From Malacoraja senta (taxonomy: Eukaryota), in NCBI GenBank assembly GCA_038087875.1, contig CM075994.1:9302001-9366000 (forward strand): a DNA stretch of 64,000 nucleotides, given 5' to 3'. Below, piece by piece: positions 1 to 10,635 of the stretch; within the stretch, counting starts at the first letter, position 1; each line of letters starts with the position of its first letter. A model generated the notes under the pieces. The model did no database searches, was not told where the DNA came from, and saw only the letters and a program-made list of their open reading frames with translations. Position numbers and translations under genes: made by a program.

Positions 1-143
1 GATTTTGGAATGAAAATAATTTGCACATCTGTTAGATTAAGTTGCTCATCTCTTGGAAATCAAGTGTTAAGACCCATTATCCCTGATCTTCAGACAAAAA
101 GCACCCAGAAGATTGCACTGTGCATTATTATTATGCACTTGCT

Positions 144-331
144 TCACATAAATATTGCAAACCAGACTGAGACCAGAGCAGGGAACAGCAGAAGAGATAA
201 TTTAACTTGGTCACTCGCGTTGCAGAGGTCAGTATCACAACAGCTGACAGAGACTGTGGCTCCTGGGATAATTTGCGGGACATTACATTCAGCAGGGGAG
301 GCACATCCAGCGCCATAAGCCTTTACACCAG
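144..331 (-). CDS. Ly6/uPAR gene coding exon 3 (Cys6-10, GPI signal, stop)
   Basis: Acceptor ..ctgtttttccag|CT; CCDTDLCN followed by a hydrophobic tail and TGA. Confidence 0.9.
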
Positions 332-2190
332 CTGGAAAAACAGAATGGTCAGATAAATAATTTCTATATTCATAGTTCATGTATCATTTTAGAGTATTAC
401 AGCGTGGAAACAGGCCCTTCACCCCAACTTGCCCACACCGGCCAACATGTCCCAGCAACACTAGTCCCACCTGCCAGCGCTTGGTCCATATCCCCCAAAC
501 CTGTCCGATCCATGTACCTGTCTAACTGTTTCTTAAACGTTGTGATAGTCCCTGCCTCAACTACCTCCTCTGGCAGCTTGTTCCATACACCCACCACCCT
601 GTGTGTGAATGCCACTGAGTTTTCACATTTCTATGAGTAAATCAGCTATTTATTCACAGAATCGCACAGTCTTAACATCTTTACGAGGATGTTGCCAGGA
701 CTAGAGGGTGTGAGCTATAGGGAGAGTCGTCAAGTCACATTTATTTATATAGCACATTTAAAAAACAACTCTCGTTGGCCAAAGTGCTTTACATTTGTTA
801 TAAGAATAGAATAAACAAGCAAACTACATACATATAGCCCTCGCTCAGAGGACGTCAAGAAAGGCTTGGGAGTATAGATAAGTTTTTAGTCTTGACTTAA
901 AGGAGTCGATGGAGGGGGCAGTTCTGATGGGAAAGGGGTTGCTGTTCCACAGTCCAGGAGCTGCAACCGCAAAGGCGCGGTCGCCCCTGAGCTTATGCCT
1001 AGACCGCGGGATATTCAGCAACCCCAAGTCGGCCGAGAGGTTGAGCAGGCTGGGTCTCTATTCCTTGGAGCACAGGAGGATGAGGGGTGATCCTATAGAG
1101 GTGTATAAAATCATGACAGGAATAGATTGGGAAGATGCACAGAGTCTCTTGCCCAGAGTAGGGGAATCGAGGACCAGAGGACATTGGTTTAAGGTGAGGG
1201 GGAAAAGATTTAAAAGGAATCTGAGGGGTAACCTTTTCACACAAACGGTGGTGGGTGTATGTTTCCACGCTGTATCTCTAAACTAGAGGTGTGCATCTCA
1301 AATTCTTTCGTACTTACCAGCCTCTGCTACCACAAGGAAGCATCGCTGCCCCGCAGAGCAGTTAATAGTTTTATCCACACATCTTTCCGTTGATCCTGAG
1401 CAGGAGTAACACTGCAAACAGTTACCTGTACATTGAGAACAAAACAGAGGAGGTTGTGTGAGAGACACCTGCAGCTCGTTCTGCTGCTGCTCTGACAACG
1501 AGCAACTCCTTTCACTAAACATAGAACAATATCGACACAAAATGCTGGAGTAACTCAGCGGGTCAGGCAGCCGCTCTGGAGAAGAGGTACAGGTGATGTT
1601 TTGGTCGAGACCCTCCCAAATCCCAACTGGTTGTACTGGTTTGAAAGACGTCTTCTCGAATCTCATAGTCTGTAACTCATTCTCACCTCGCCCACAGCTA
1701 ACAATGGCCTGTTTCCTTTATCATCTTTACTTTTTTGCATACCTTTCATTCATTTGTTCAATATCTCTCGATATCAACATCTATCTCTCTCATTTCCCTT
1801 TCCCCTGACTCTCAGTCTGAAGAAGGGTCTCGACCCGAAACGTCACCTATTCCTTCTCTCCAGAGATGCTGCCCGTCCCGCTGAGTTACTCCAGCACTTT
1901 GTGTCTATTGTCGGTGTAAACCAACATCTGCAGTTCCTTCCTACACATCAGTGATGTAGAGCCCTCAGATGTTTAAAGCATTTAAACAGGCCCTTCAGCC
2001 CACCGAGTCCGTGCCGACCAGTGCTCACCCCGTACACTAACACTATCCCACACACTGCCAAAGTAGTATATTAAACTACCTATACATGTATAGTTTTGTC
2101 TTTTGCACTATTATTGTTTGTTTCATGTGTACATATGTGTGTGTGTGTGTGTGTGTGTGATTGTGTGTGTGTGTGTGTGTGTGTGTGCAT

Positions 2191-2221
<31 letters not shown>

Positions 2222-2584
2222 GCAAGGAACTGCAGATGCTGGTTTACACCGAAGAGACATAAAATGCTGGAGTAACTCAGCGGGACAGGCAGCATCTCTG
2301 GAGAGATGGAAGAAGGGTCTCGACCTGAAACGTCACCATTCCTTCTACCTGGGACATATAACAATAAAACACTCTTGACTTGACAATAACTAACTCCATA
2401 TTCAGTAACAAACTCTCTACATGTGAACGAACACACAGCTTAATGTTTAACCAAGAATTCCAATCCCACTTGAGAATCTAAAATGCCTTTCCAGTTAAAC
2501 TAGAGGACAACAAAATAGTTATATTTCCTTACCCGGAGAGGCACTAAGAATGAGACCAGCTACCAGGACCACAAGGTAATTCAT
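144..2584 (-). CDS. Spliced Ly6/uPAR-family (three-finger LU domain) GPI-anchored protein, 115 aa; join(2584..2533,1425..1318,331..144)
   Basis: Spliced product MNYLVVLVAGLILSASPG NCLQCYSCSGSTERCVDKTINCSAGQRCFLVVAEA AGVKAYGAGCASPAECNVPQIIPGATVSVSCCDTDLCN ASDQVKLSLLLFPALVSVWFAIFM*. It has a signal peptide, an LxCxxC start, 10 Cys ending CCxxDLCN and a hydrophobic C-terminus. Two phase-1 GT-AG introns; 52+108+188=348 nt in frame. Confidence 0.92.
391..610 (-). mobile_element. CR1 LINE 3' fragment (intron 2)
   Basis: FTHRVVGVWNKLPEEVVEAGTITTFKKQLDRYM, the CR1 ORF2 C-terminus. Confidence 0.8.
680..1262 (+). mobile_element. CR1 fragment interrupted by an L2 3' fragment (728-1033, minus)
   Basis: RLGLYSLEHRRMRGD (CR1); on minus, GDRAFAVAAPGLWN (L2), near-identical to the 3' end of the L2 at 47377. 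Confidence 0.75.
1318..1425 (-). CDS. Ly6/uPAR gene coding exon 2 (Cys1-5 of the LU domain)
   Basis: Acceptor ..ttttgttctcaatgtacag|GT and donor G|GTAAGTA; 108 nt. Confidence 0.9.
2136..2220. repeat. (GT)n microsatellite in intron 1
   Basis: Direct reading. Confidence 0.95.
2533..2584 (-). CDS. Ly6/uPAR gene coding exon 1 (signal peptide, 52 nt)
   Basis: ATG at 2584 in context AAAGATGA; donor G|GTAAGG. Confidence 0.9.
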
Positions 2585-2967
2585 CTTTGGATTTGAACAG
2601 CTGAGCTTCGAAGGCAAGAGAGAGAACAGGAAAATTTTCGAACAGAAGTCTCCAAATTCCCTGAAATCTGTAGAAGGATCCCAACTGGAAACGTCACCAG
2701 TCCGTGTTCTCCAGAGATGCTGCCCGACTCGCCGAGTTACGCCAGCACTCTGAGCCTTTATTGAAAACCCCTTGTGATTTTGACTATGGGATGGTCTTAC
2801 AGAGGTAGAGGGAGGAGGCAAGCAAAATACCGAATTACTGATGACTACTGATTGCATCCGGCAGTTTGGAAACGGGCTATTCATGTTGTGTAACAGGCTT
2901 CAGTCATGGTAGTCTGCCTCGCGGAGACGTAATCTGTTTCACGAAAAAGTAATTGGAAATCGGAATT

Positions 2968-2979
2968 GAAACTGAAAGC
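2968..2979 (+). promoter_or_regulatory. IRF-E/ISRE-like motif upstream of the Ly6 gene
   Basis: GAAACTGAAAGC matches the IRF-E consensus GAAASYGAAASY, ~385 bp upstream of the ATG. Confidence 0.4.
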
Positions 2980-3033
2980 AGCAAAAAGATTATTCACGTG
3001 GCTTGGGCAAAAGGACACAAAGTGCAGGGGGAA

Positions 3034-4056
3034 AGGGCCTGTCCCACTTACGCGACCTTTACAGGCGACTGCTGGCAGCCGTGATAGGTCGCCTGTTGAA
3101 AAATATTGAAAATCCACAACATAGGACACCAGGAAAAGGGGAGATGCAGCGAGACCTGGGTGTCATGGTACACCAGTCATTGAAAGTAGGCATGCAGGTG
3201 CAGCAGGCAGTGAAGAAAGCGAATGGTATGTTAGCTTTCATAGCAAAAGGATTTGACTATAGGAACAGGGAGGTTTTACTGCAGTTGTACAGGGTCTTGG
3301 TGAGACCACACCTGGAGTATTGCGTACAGTTTTGGTCTCCAAATCTGAGGAAGGACATTATTGCCATAGAGGGAGTGCAGAGAAGGTTCACCAGACTGAT
3401 TCCTGGGATGTCAGGACTGTCTTATGAAGAAAGATTGGATAGACTTGGTTTATACTCTCTAGAATTTAGGAGATTGAGAGGGAATCTTATAGAAACTTAC
3501 AAAATTCTTAAGGGGTTGGACAGGCTAGATGCAGGAAGATTGCTCCCCGATGTTGGGGAAGTCCAGGACAAGGGGTCACAGCTTAAGGATAAATGGGAAA
3601 TCCTTTAAAACCGAGATGAGAAGAACTTTTTTCACACAGAGAGTGGTGAATCTCTGGAACTCTCTGCCAGTTGTAGTTGAGGGCAGTTGAGGCCAGTTCA
3701 TTGGCTATATTTAAGAGGGAGTTAGATGTGGCCCTTGTGGCTAAGGGGATCAGAGGGTATGGAGAGAAGGCAGGTATGGGATACTAAGTTGGATGATCAG
3801 CCATGATCATATTGAATGGCGGTGCAGGCTCGAAGGGCCGAATGGCCTACTCCTGCACCTAATTTCTATGTTTCTATGTTTCTCAAGATCATACAGCCTG
3901 TATGGTCATGAGAGGTCTCCTATGGTCGTCAGAGTTCTCCAAAGAGTCGTCGCGTCTTTCTGGTCACCACCGAATTTTCAACATGTTGAAAATTTTGGCG
4001 ACCTATCACGGGTGCCGACAGTCGCATGTAAAGGTCGCGTAAGTGGGACAGGCCCT
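3034..4056. mobile_element. PIF/Harbinger-like MITE with 30-bp TIRs, hosting a CR1
   Basis: AGGGCCTGTCCCACTTACGCGACCTTTACA at 3034 and its perfect reverse complement at 4027-4056; GAA/TAA 3-bp flanks at a TAA target in an older repeat. Confidence 0.8.
3128..3880 (+). mobile_element. CR1 LINE 3' fragment
   Basis: [28 protein letters not shown]-type ORF2 tail; (TTCTATGT)n 3' end. Confidence 0.9.
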
Positions 4057-5348
4057 TAACTCAGCGGGTCAGTCAGCATCTCTGGAGAACGTGGACAGAT
4101 AACTCCAGCACTTGGTGGATTCTGAAAAAGAGTCCCGAACTGAAATTGTCTATCTGCGTTCTCCAGAGATGCTGCCTGCCCCACTGAGTTACTCCAGCAC
4201 TTGCACCTATCCATGTTCTCCAGAAATGCTGCCTGACCCACTGAGTTACTCCAGCACTTTGTACCTATCCGTGTTCTCCAGAGATGCTGCACGGACGGAA
4301 CAGTTTAATAACGACCCATTGAAATCCGCCCTTCGGCCACTCAACAACCCGGGCTGATCTGATCTGACGACCCTCTCGCTAGCTCGCTGGGTGCCCGATC
4401 CTAACGCAGAACCTCCACAAAACCTTTGTGCTTCGGGTAACACCTGCACCAAGAGCCTCTGCTAACAAGGGCTGGTGAACTGTGCTGGTCAACATGCACT
4501 GGGCGAGATGGCTGGGGGAAATGCACCACAAACACCGCAAACTTGGAACAACACAGACCCTCCACTCAATCTATCCAATACTAAAGGGCAGGCATTTCAC
4601 AGTTAAATGTCATATCAGATTGGCGGCTCCTTCACAGGGCCAACCCTGTACTCAGTTTTCCTCGGAGATGAATCTTTGCCTTAATTCACACCACCTGTAG
4701 GTGAAGCATCAGCCCACATCACACTGATACAGTCGCTGCCTGCCTCAGATTCAATATATTTTTACACATAAATTATGAATAAAGATAAAAAATGTTTCAA
4801 ACACAAGTAATAATTTCTTATTCCAGTAGCAAACACATTAAGGATGAAATGAAAATAATAAATTCTTTAACTTAATGAATATCTCATAATTGCAGAATAA
4901 TGAAGTGAACTAGAACTGGGACTGTGTGAGTCACGTGTGTGAACAGCAGAACAAGAAGGAGTCTGAAGAAGGGTCTCGACCCGAAACGTCACCTGTTCTT
5001 TCGCTCCATAGATGCTGCCTCACCCGCTGAGTTTCTCCAGCATTTTTGTGTGCCTTCGATTTCTCCCGCATCTGCAGTTCTTTCTTAAGCAGAACAAGAC
5101 AGGAAGCTGTTGAGTTGACAAAATTCTAGATTACTTCCTTGGTGGAATAGTTCACAATTTATACACTGTTAATACAGCGCTGAGTTAACTTGTTTATCCC
5201 GAATGACCTTTGACAAATCCCATGATTCTTTGCGTTTATCGCGATACCGAACTCGCATATTAAAGGACGTTCCTTTAGGAAGGAGATGAGGAGGAATTTC
5301 TTTAGTCAGAGGGTGGCGAATCTGAGGAATTAATTGCCACAGAAGGCT

Positions 5349-8097
5349 TTTTTTTTTTTTAATAATTTTTTTAATAGAAGTACGGTAGATTACAGTAATG
5401 TACAACACGTATATATTAATACATTTTTTGTACCGCTTCACTTTTTTAAACTTTAAGAAAGAAAAAGAAAGAAGTAAGAAAAGTGAAGAAAGTGCGCAAA
5501 GGTTGTGAAGTGCAAAAGAGTGTTGGGAAAAGAAAGCCCCTTAGAAAAGAAGTTAGAGAAGGAAGTAAAGTTAGAAAATAGACCCTAGAAAAGAAAGAGA
5601 AAGAAAGAAGGAACAATCGCTCTATTATAACTCTTATAACATACTTCATAGAGAAGGAACTACCAACCAAGTCTGTTTTTATTTTACCTCCCATTACCAG
5701 GTCCAGATACCTTTTATTTATTTATTTGTTTTTCTAAATTACTATTGCACCTCATGCTTGTAATAGGTCCAAAAACGTAGACCACGTCTTTTGAAATTGG
5801 TCTACTTTGCCTACTAGGAGGAATCTCATCTCTTCCAGATGTAATGTTTCCAACATATTTGATGTCCACATTTTTATTGTTGGTGTGGGCGCATTTTTCC
5901 AGAATTTAAGTATAAGCTTTTTTCCCATTATTAGCCCATAATTGAGTAAATTCTTCTGATACACGTTTAATTCAGGAATACCTTCCGATATTCCAAAAAT
6001 AATCCATTCTGGTTTTGGTACCAGTTTTATTTTGATTAATTTTGAAAAAATATCAAATATTTCAAACCAGAATTTTTGGATTTTTGTACAAAAAACAAAA
6101 GAATGTGCTATGGTAGCTTCTTGACATATACATTTATCACAGATTGGTGAGACGTTAGGAAAGATTTTATTTAGTTTGGTTTTTGAATAATATAATCTAT
6201 GTAATGTTTTAAATTGGATAAGCGTATGTCGTACGTTGATCGAGCATTTATGCACCTGTAATAAATGATTATCCCAACTCTCTTTTGAAATTTTTATACC
6301 TAGATCTTGTTCCCAATCTCTTCTAATTCCATCTGTTGTGGGTATTTCTATATTTAAGATGATATTATATAAGTATGATATTAAATTAACTGATTCCGCC
6401 TTTGTCTTCATTGCTTCATCTAGTAAGTCGGAAGGCATATTATAATAATCTTTTGTGTGTGTTTTCAAATAGTCACAGATTTGTAGATATTTAAAATATT
6501 GATTATTTTTCAAATTATATTTCAGTTGTAGTTGTTGGAATGATAGTAATTTTTCTAATTCATACAGATCTTCGAGCGTTTTGATTCCCATTCTTTCCCA
6601 TTGTATAAATGATTTATCTATGATTGAAGGTTTAAACGATGGGTTATTGACTATTGGTATTAAGAGAGATAGGTTTCTTAATTTTAGATTCTGTTTTATT
6701 TGCTTCCATGTTCTAATAGTGCTATATATAATTGGATTTTTATTATAATTTTTATTATTCAAATTTATTGGAGAGAGAATAATCGCTCCTATATTATTCG
6801 GGGAGCAATCCCCTTTTTCCATTATAATCCAGTCCACCTGCTGGGCAGAATTGTCCAGCAGGTGAATCATATTTTTAATATTTACTGCCCAGTTATAATA
6901 CATAAAGTTAGGGAGCGCTAGACCCCCCAACTCTTTTCGTTTGTTAAGGTGTGTTCTTTGTATTCTGTGGGATTTGTAATCCCATATAAAATTTGTAATG
7001 TCTGAGTCCAGTTTTTTGAAAAACTTTTTTGGGAGATATATAGGTATTGATTGAAATAGGTAAAGGATTTGTGGTAAGAAAATCATTTTTATAGCATTTA
7101 TCCTACCTATTAAGGACATCGGAAGTGTTTTCCAAAATTTAATCAAATTATTTAATTTCTTAAGTAGGGGATTATAATTAGCTTTAAACATATCATGGTA
7201 ATTTCTAGTAATCTCAATTCCTAAATATTTGAATTTTTCCATAGCTATTTTAAAAGGGAATTTCCTGAGATGTGTTGAGTCTTTTGGTTTAATCGACATA
7301 ATTTCACTTTTGTTCCAATTTATTCTATATCCTGAAAAGGATCCAAAGTCCTCAATTAAGTTTAATATATTTGGTATACTAATTTGTGGTTTTGTGATGT
7401 ACAGTAGTACATCATCAGCATATAGGGATAGTTTGTTGTTTGAATATTTTGTGTTATAACCGTGAATATTCGAGTGTGTTCTTATTTTTTCAGCAAGGGG
7501 TTCTATTACCAAAGCAAATAACAGCGGTGATAGTGAACATCCTTGTCTGTTGCCCCTAGATAATTCGAATTTTGAAGATAATATATTATTAGTTAGTATT
7601 CTAGCCGTAGGTTTGTTATATAGTAGTTTTATCCATGCAATAAAGTTTTCTCCCAATTGGAATTTTTGCAATACTTTGATCATATAGTCCCATTCTACTT
7701 GATCAAACGCTTTTTCTGCGTCCAGTGAGATGATAGCTAACTCTTGGTCATAAGATTTATGTGAATGCATTATGTTAAGCAAACGTCTCAAATTATTAAA
7801 TGAGTGTCTCTTAGGTATAAATCCTGTTTGATCCTCATGTATTAGTCTACTAACATACTTGCTTAATCTATTGGCTAATGTTTTTGCTATTATTTTCTGA
7901 TCCGTATTTAACAAAGCAATAGCTCTATATGATCCTGGTTCTTCTATATTTTTTTATCTTTTTTAAGTATTAATATGATCGTTGATTCCGCTAGTGTTTC
8001 AGGTAGGTTTTGCTCTTTATAAGCATATGTATACATTTTTTGTAATCGTGGAGTAACTATATCATAAAAAGATTTATAAAATTCATTACTGAATCCC
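5349..8097 (-). mobile_element. 5'-truncated L1-clade LINE with poly(A) tail
   Basis: 720-aa ORF2 segment (SLDAEKAFD, RQGCSLSP, YADD, C-terminal CxxC..HxxxxC); poly(T) on plus at 5349-5360. Confidence 0.92.
5752..7914 (-). CDS. L1 ORF2 reverse transcriptase fragment (no endonuclease or start)
   Basis: Uninterrupted 720-aa ORF with RT motifs; a frameshift just upstream. Confidence 0.8.
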   Translation of the reverse strand: MLNTDQKIIAKTLANRLSKYVSRLIHEDQTGFIPKRHSFNNLRRLLNIMHSHKSYDQELAIISLDAEKAFDQVEWDYMIKVLQKFQLGENFIAWIKLLYNKPTARILTNNILSSKFELSRGNRQGCSLSPLLFALVIEPLAEKIRTHSNIHGYNTKYSNNKLSLYADDVLLYITKPQISIPNILNLIEDFGSFSGYRINWNKSEIMSIKPKDSTHLRKFPFKIAMEKFKYLGIEITRNYHDMFKANYNPLLKKLNNLIKFWKTLPMSLIGRINAIKMIFLPQILYLFQSIPIYLPKKFFKKLDSDITNFIWDYKSHRIQRTHLNKRKELGGLALPNFMYYNWAVNIKNMIHLLDNSAQQVDWIIMEKGDCSPNNIGAIILSPINLNNKNYNKNPIIYSTIRTWKQIKQNLKLRNLSLLIPIVNNPSFKPSIIDKSFIQWERMGIKTLEDLYELEKLLSFQQLQLKYNLKNNQYFKYLQICDYLKTHTKDYYNMPSDLLDEAMKTKAESVNLISYLYNIILNIEIPTTDGIRRDWEQDLGIKISKESWDNHLLQVHKCSINVRHTLIQFKTLHRLYYSKTKLNKIFPNVSPICDKCICQEATIAHSFVFCTKIQKFWFEIFDIFSKLIKIKLVPKPEWIIFGISEGIPELNVYQKNLLNYGLIMGKKLILKFWKNAPTPTIKMWTSNMLETLHLEEMRFLLVGKVDQFQKTWSTFLDLLQA

Positions 8098-8389
8098 TTG
8101 ACCCGAAACGTCACCTGTTGTTTCGCTCCATAGATGCTGCCTCACCCGCTGAGTTTCTCCAGCATTTTTGTGTGCCTTCGATTTCTCCCGCATCTGCAGT
8201 TCTTTCTTAAGCAGAACAAGACAGGAAGCTGTTGAGTTGACAAAATTCTAGATTACTTCCTTGGTGGAATAGTTCACAATTTATACACTGTTAATACAGC
8301 GCTGAGTTAACTTGTTTATCCCGAATGACCTTTGACAAATCCCATGATTCTTTGCGTTTATCGCGATACCGAACTCGCATATTAAAGGA

Positions 8390-8660
8390 CGTTCCTTTAG
8401 GAAGGAGATGAGGAGGAATTTCTTTAGTCAGAGGGTGGCGAATCTGAGGAATTAATTGCCACAGAAGGCTGTGGAGGCCACAAGTCAGTGGATATTGTTA
8501 AGGCATATATAGATTCTTGATTACTACAGTTGTCAGGGGTTATGGGGAGAAGGCAGGAGAATGGCATTAGGAGGGAGAGATAGATCATCCACGATTGAAT
8601 AGAGGAGTAGACTTGATGGGCAGAATGGCCATATTCTGCTCCTGTCCCTTATGTCCTTCT
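8390..8660 (+). mobile_element. CR1 3' end fragment
   Basis: gagatgaggaggaatttctttagtcagagggtgg.. CR1-type 3' sequence. Confidence 0.65.
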
Positions 8661-8699
8661 GACACGAGTTCTATGTTATCCCTCTTTCACATCCACTGC

Positions 8700-8760
8700 C
8701 TGATGGAGCCCGGGACTCTGGCGCTGTGAGGCAGCAGCTCTACCCGCTGCATGCCGTGGC
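8700..8760 (-). mobile_element. tRNA-derived SINE head (V-SINE/HE1-like) fragment
   Basis: Minus strand reads gcagcgggtagagctgctgcctcacagcgccagagtcccgggctcc, which is tRNA-like. Confidence 0.5.
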
Positions 8761-8884
8761 GCACATGTTGAAATCTGCTGGGTGCTGGCATGCGCATGAA
8801 TCAAGAACCTGGTACTGTCAGAGGCCGAAACCCTGTCACGTGACACAGGCTGTTGTCAGTTGACCAGCTGGTGCTCTTCCCGTT

Positions 8885-9253
8885 AAAGAATCTATCTATG
8901 CCTTAAAATATCCACTGACTTGGCCTCCACAGCCGTCTGTGGCAATGAATTCCTCAGCTTCACCACCCTCTGACTAAAGAAATTCCTCCTCATCTCAAAA
9001 GACAATCGGTGCAGGACTAGGCCATTCGGCCCTTTGAGCCAGCACCTCCATTCAATGTGATAATTGGCTGATCATCCACAATCAATACCCCATTCCTGCC
9101 TTCTCCCCATAACCTCAGACTCCGCTATCTTTAAGAGCCCTATGCAGTGGCCCCTAGTTCTGCACTCCCCCAACATCGAGAACATGTTTCCTGCCTCTAG
9201 CGTGTCAAAACCCTTAATCTATATTACTCAAAGTCTGATCTTGACCACTTCCT

Positions 9254-9287
<34 letters not shown>

Positions 9288-10635
9288 GATAATAATAATT
9301 ATAAAGTCTGATCTCAGAGTCCCCCTCTGCTGCGCAAGACGAGAGGATTTTTGCAATCGATGAAAAATAAAAGAGTTATTAGTGTTTAAAAATGTTGGAC
9401 TATAAAACCCGGCAGTGTTGTGTGCCTCTGCAAGATGGGGGGGGGGGGGCGAGAGGGTTACGTCTCTCAGTCTGAGCTGTGAATAACACTGAACACATTG
9501 TCTACTAAACTGTGAGTGGTTATACTGACCTGTCAGTGCCCTTAATGGTTTGGAAAGGCTAAAGCTGTGTTGCCTTTGGTTTGGAAATGCTAAAGCTGTG
9601 TTGCCTAATTAAAGTTGCCTTGCCGAATTAAAGTTGCCTTGCCTTCTATATCATTAAAAGTCTAATCTTCACCACTTCCTGTTTGCGCTTTATATTGATT
9701 TTAGAAAAAACGCTATTACCTTACTCAGAGTCCCCCTCTGGCATCAGGTGCTGAGGATTTGTCCCATCGATCAAAAATAAAAGAGTTATTAGTGTTTAAA
9801 AAAGGTTGAGATTCTCTCTCCTGTCAATTGAGCCATGAAGGCCACACCCCTTCTGGTGGGAGGAGGAGGGTCTATAAACCCAGAAGTGTGGGTGTGGCTC
9901 AGTCTCTGCAAGATTGAGGAGGGAGAGGTCACGACTCGCTGCCTTAGTGGCTTTGCACCCTGCTTGAAATGGTATGAAACTACACTTGAATTTGGTGGCC
10001 TTGCACCCTGCTTGAAGTGGTAAGAAACTGCACTTGAATTTGGTGACCTTGCACCCTGCTTGAAATGGAATTTTAAGAATAGCTGTGAGTCAACTGCCAG
10101 CCCACCAGCCGTGAGTGAGTGAGCTGCAAGCACAACACGCTTGAGTGACTGAGCAGACAGCCCAAGAATCCATTCGGCCCACAATGTCCATACTAGCCCT
10201 CTGGAAACCAATCCCTTCAGCCTACAACATCCATACTAGCGCTCCAGAAAGCCCTCCCCCACTGGTCACCAATATTGGAATTCGTGGAGAGGTGCAATAT
10301 TGCATTGGGGGACCAGCCCTCCCATGTGATGCTGGTACCCAACAGGTCCCACTTAGTCTAGTAATCTTATATGTTTCAATAAGATCCCCTCTCATCCTTC
10401 TAAACTCCAGAGTATACAAGCCCAGTCGCTGCATTCTCTCAGCATATGACAGTCCCGCAATCCCGGGAATTAACCTTGTAAACCAACGCTGCACTTCCTC
10501 AATAGCAATAATGTCCTTCCTCAAATTAGGGGACCAAAAATGCACACAATACTCCTGGTGTGGTCTCACTAGGGCCCTATACAACTGCAGAAGGACCTCT
10601 TTGCTCCTATGCTCAACTCCTCTTGTTATGAAGGC
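8885..10635 (-). mobile_element. CR1 fragment split by a Helitron-like insertion
   Basis: CR1 sequence is contiguous when 9218-10361 is removed (cccttaa|taatctt); LVRPHQEYCVHFWSP. Confidence 0.75.
9218..10361 (+). mobile_element. Non-autonomous Helitron-like element with internal tandem repeats
   Basis: 5' TCTATAT.., 3' GC hairpin (G.ACC CAACA GGTCCC) then CTAG; inserted between A and T with no TSD. Confidence 0.8.

Noticed and set aside
5752..7914. Autonomous active L1
   Set aside because: 5'-truncated; lacks ORF1, endonuclease and promoter.
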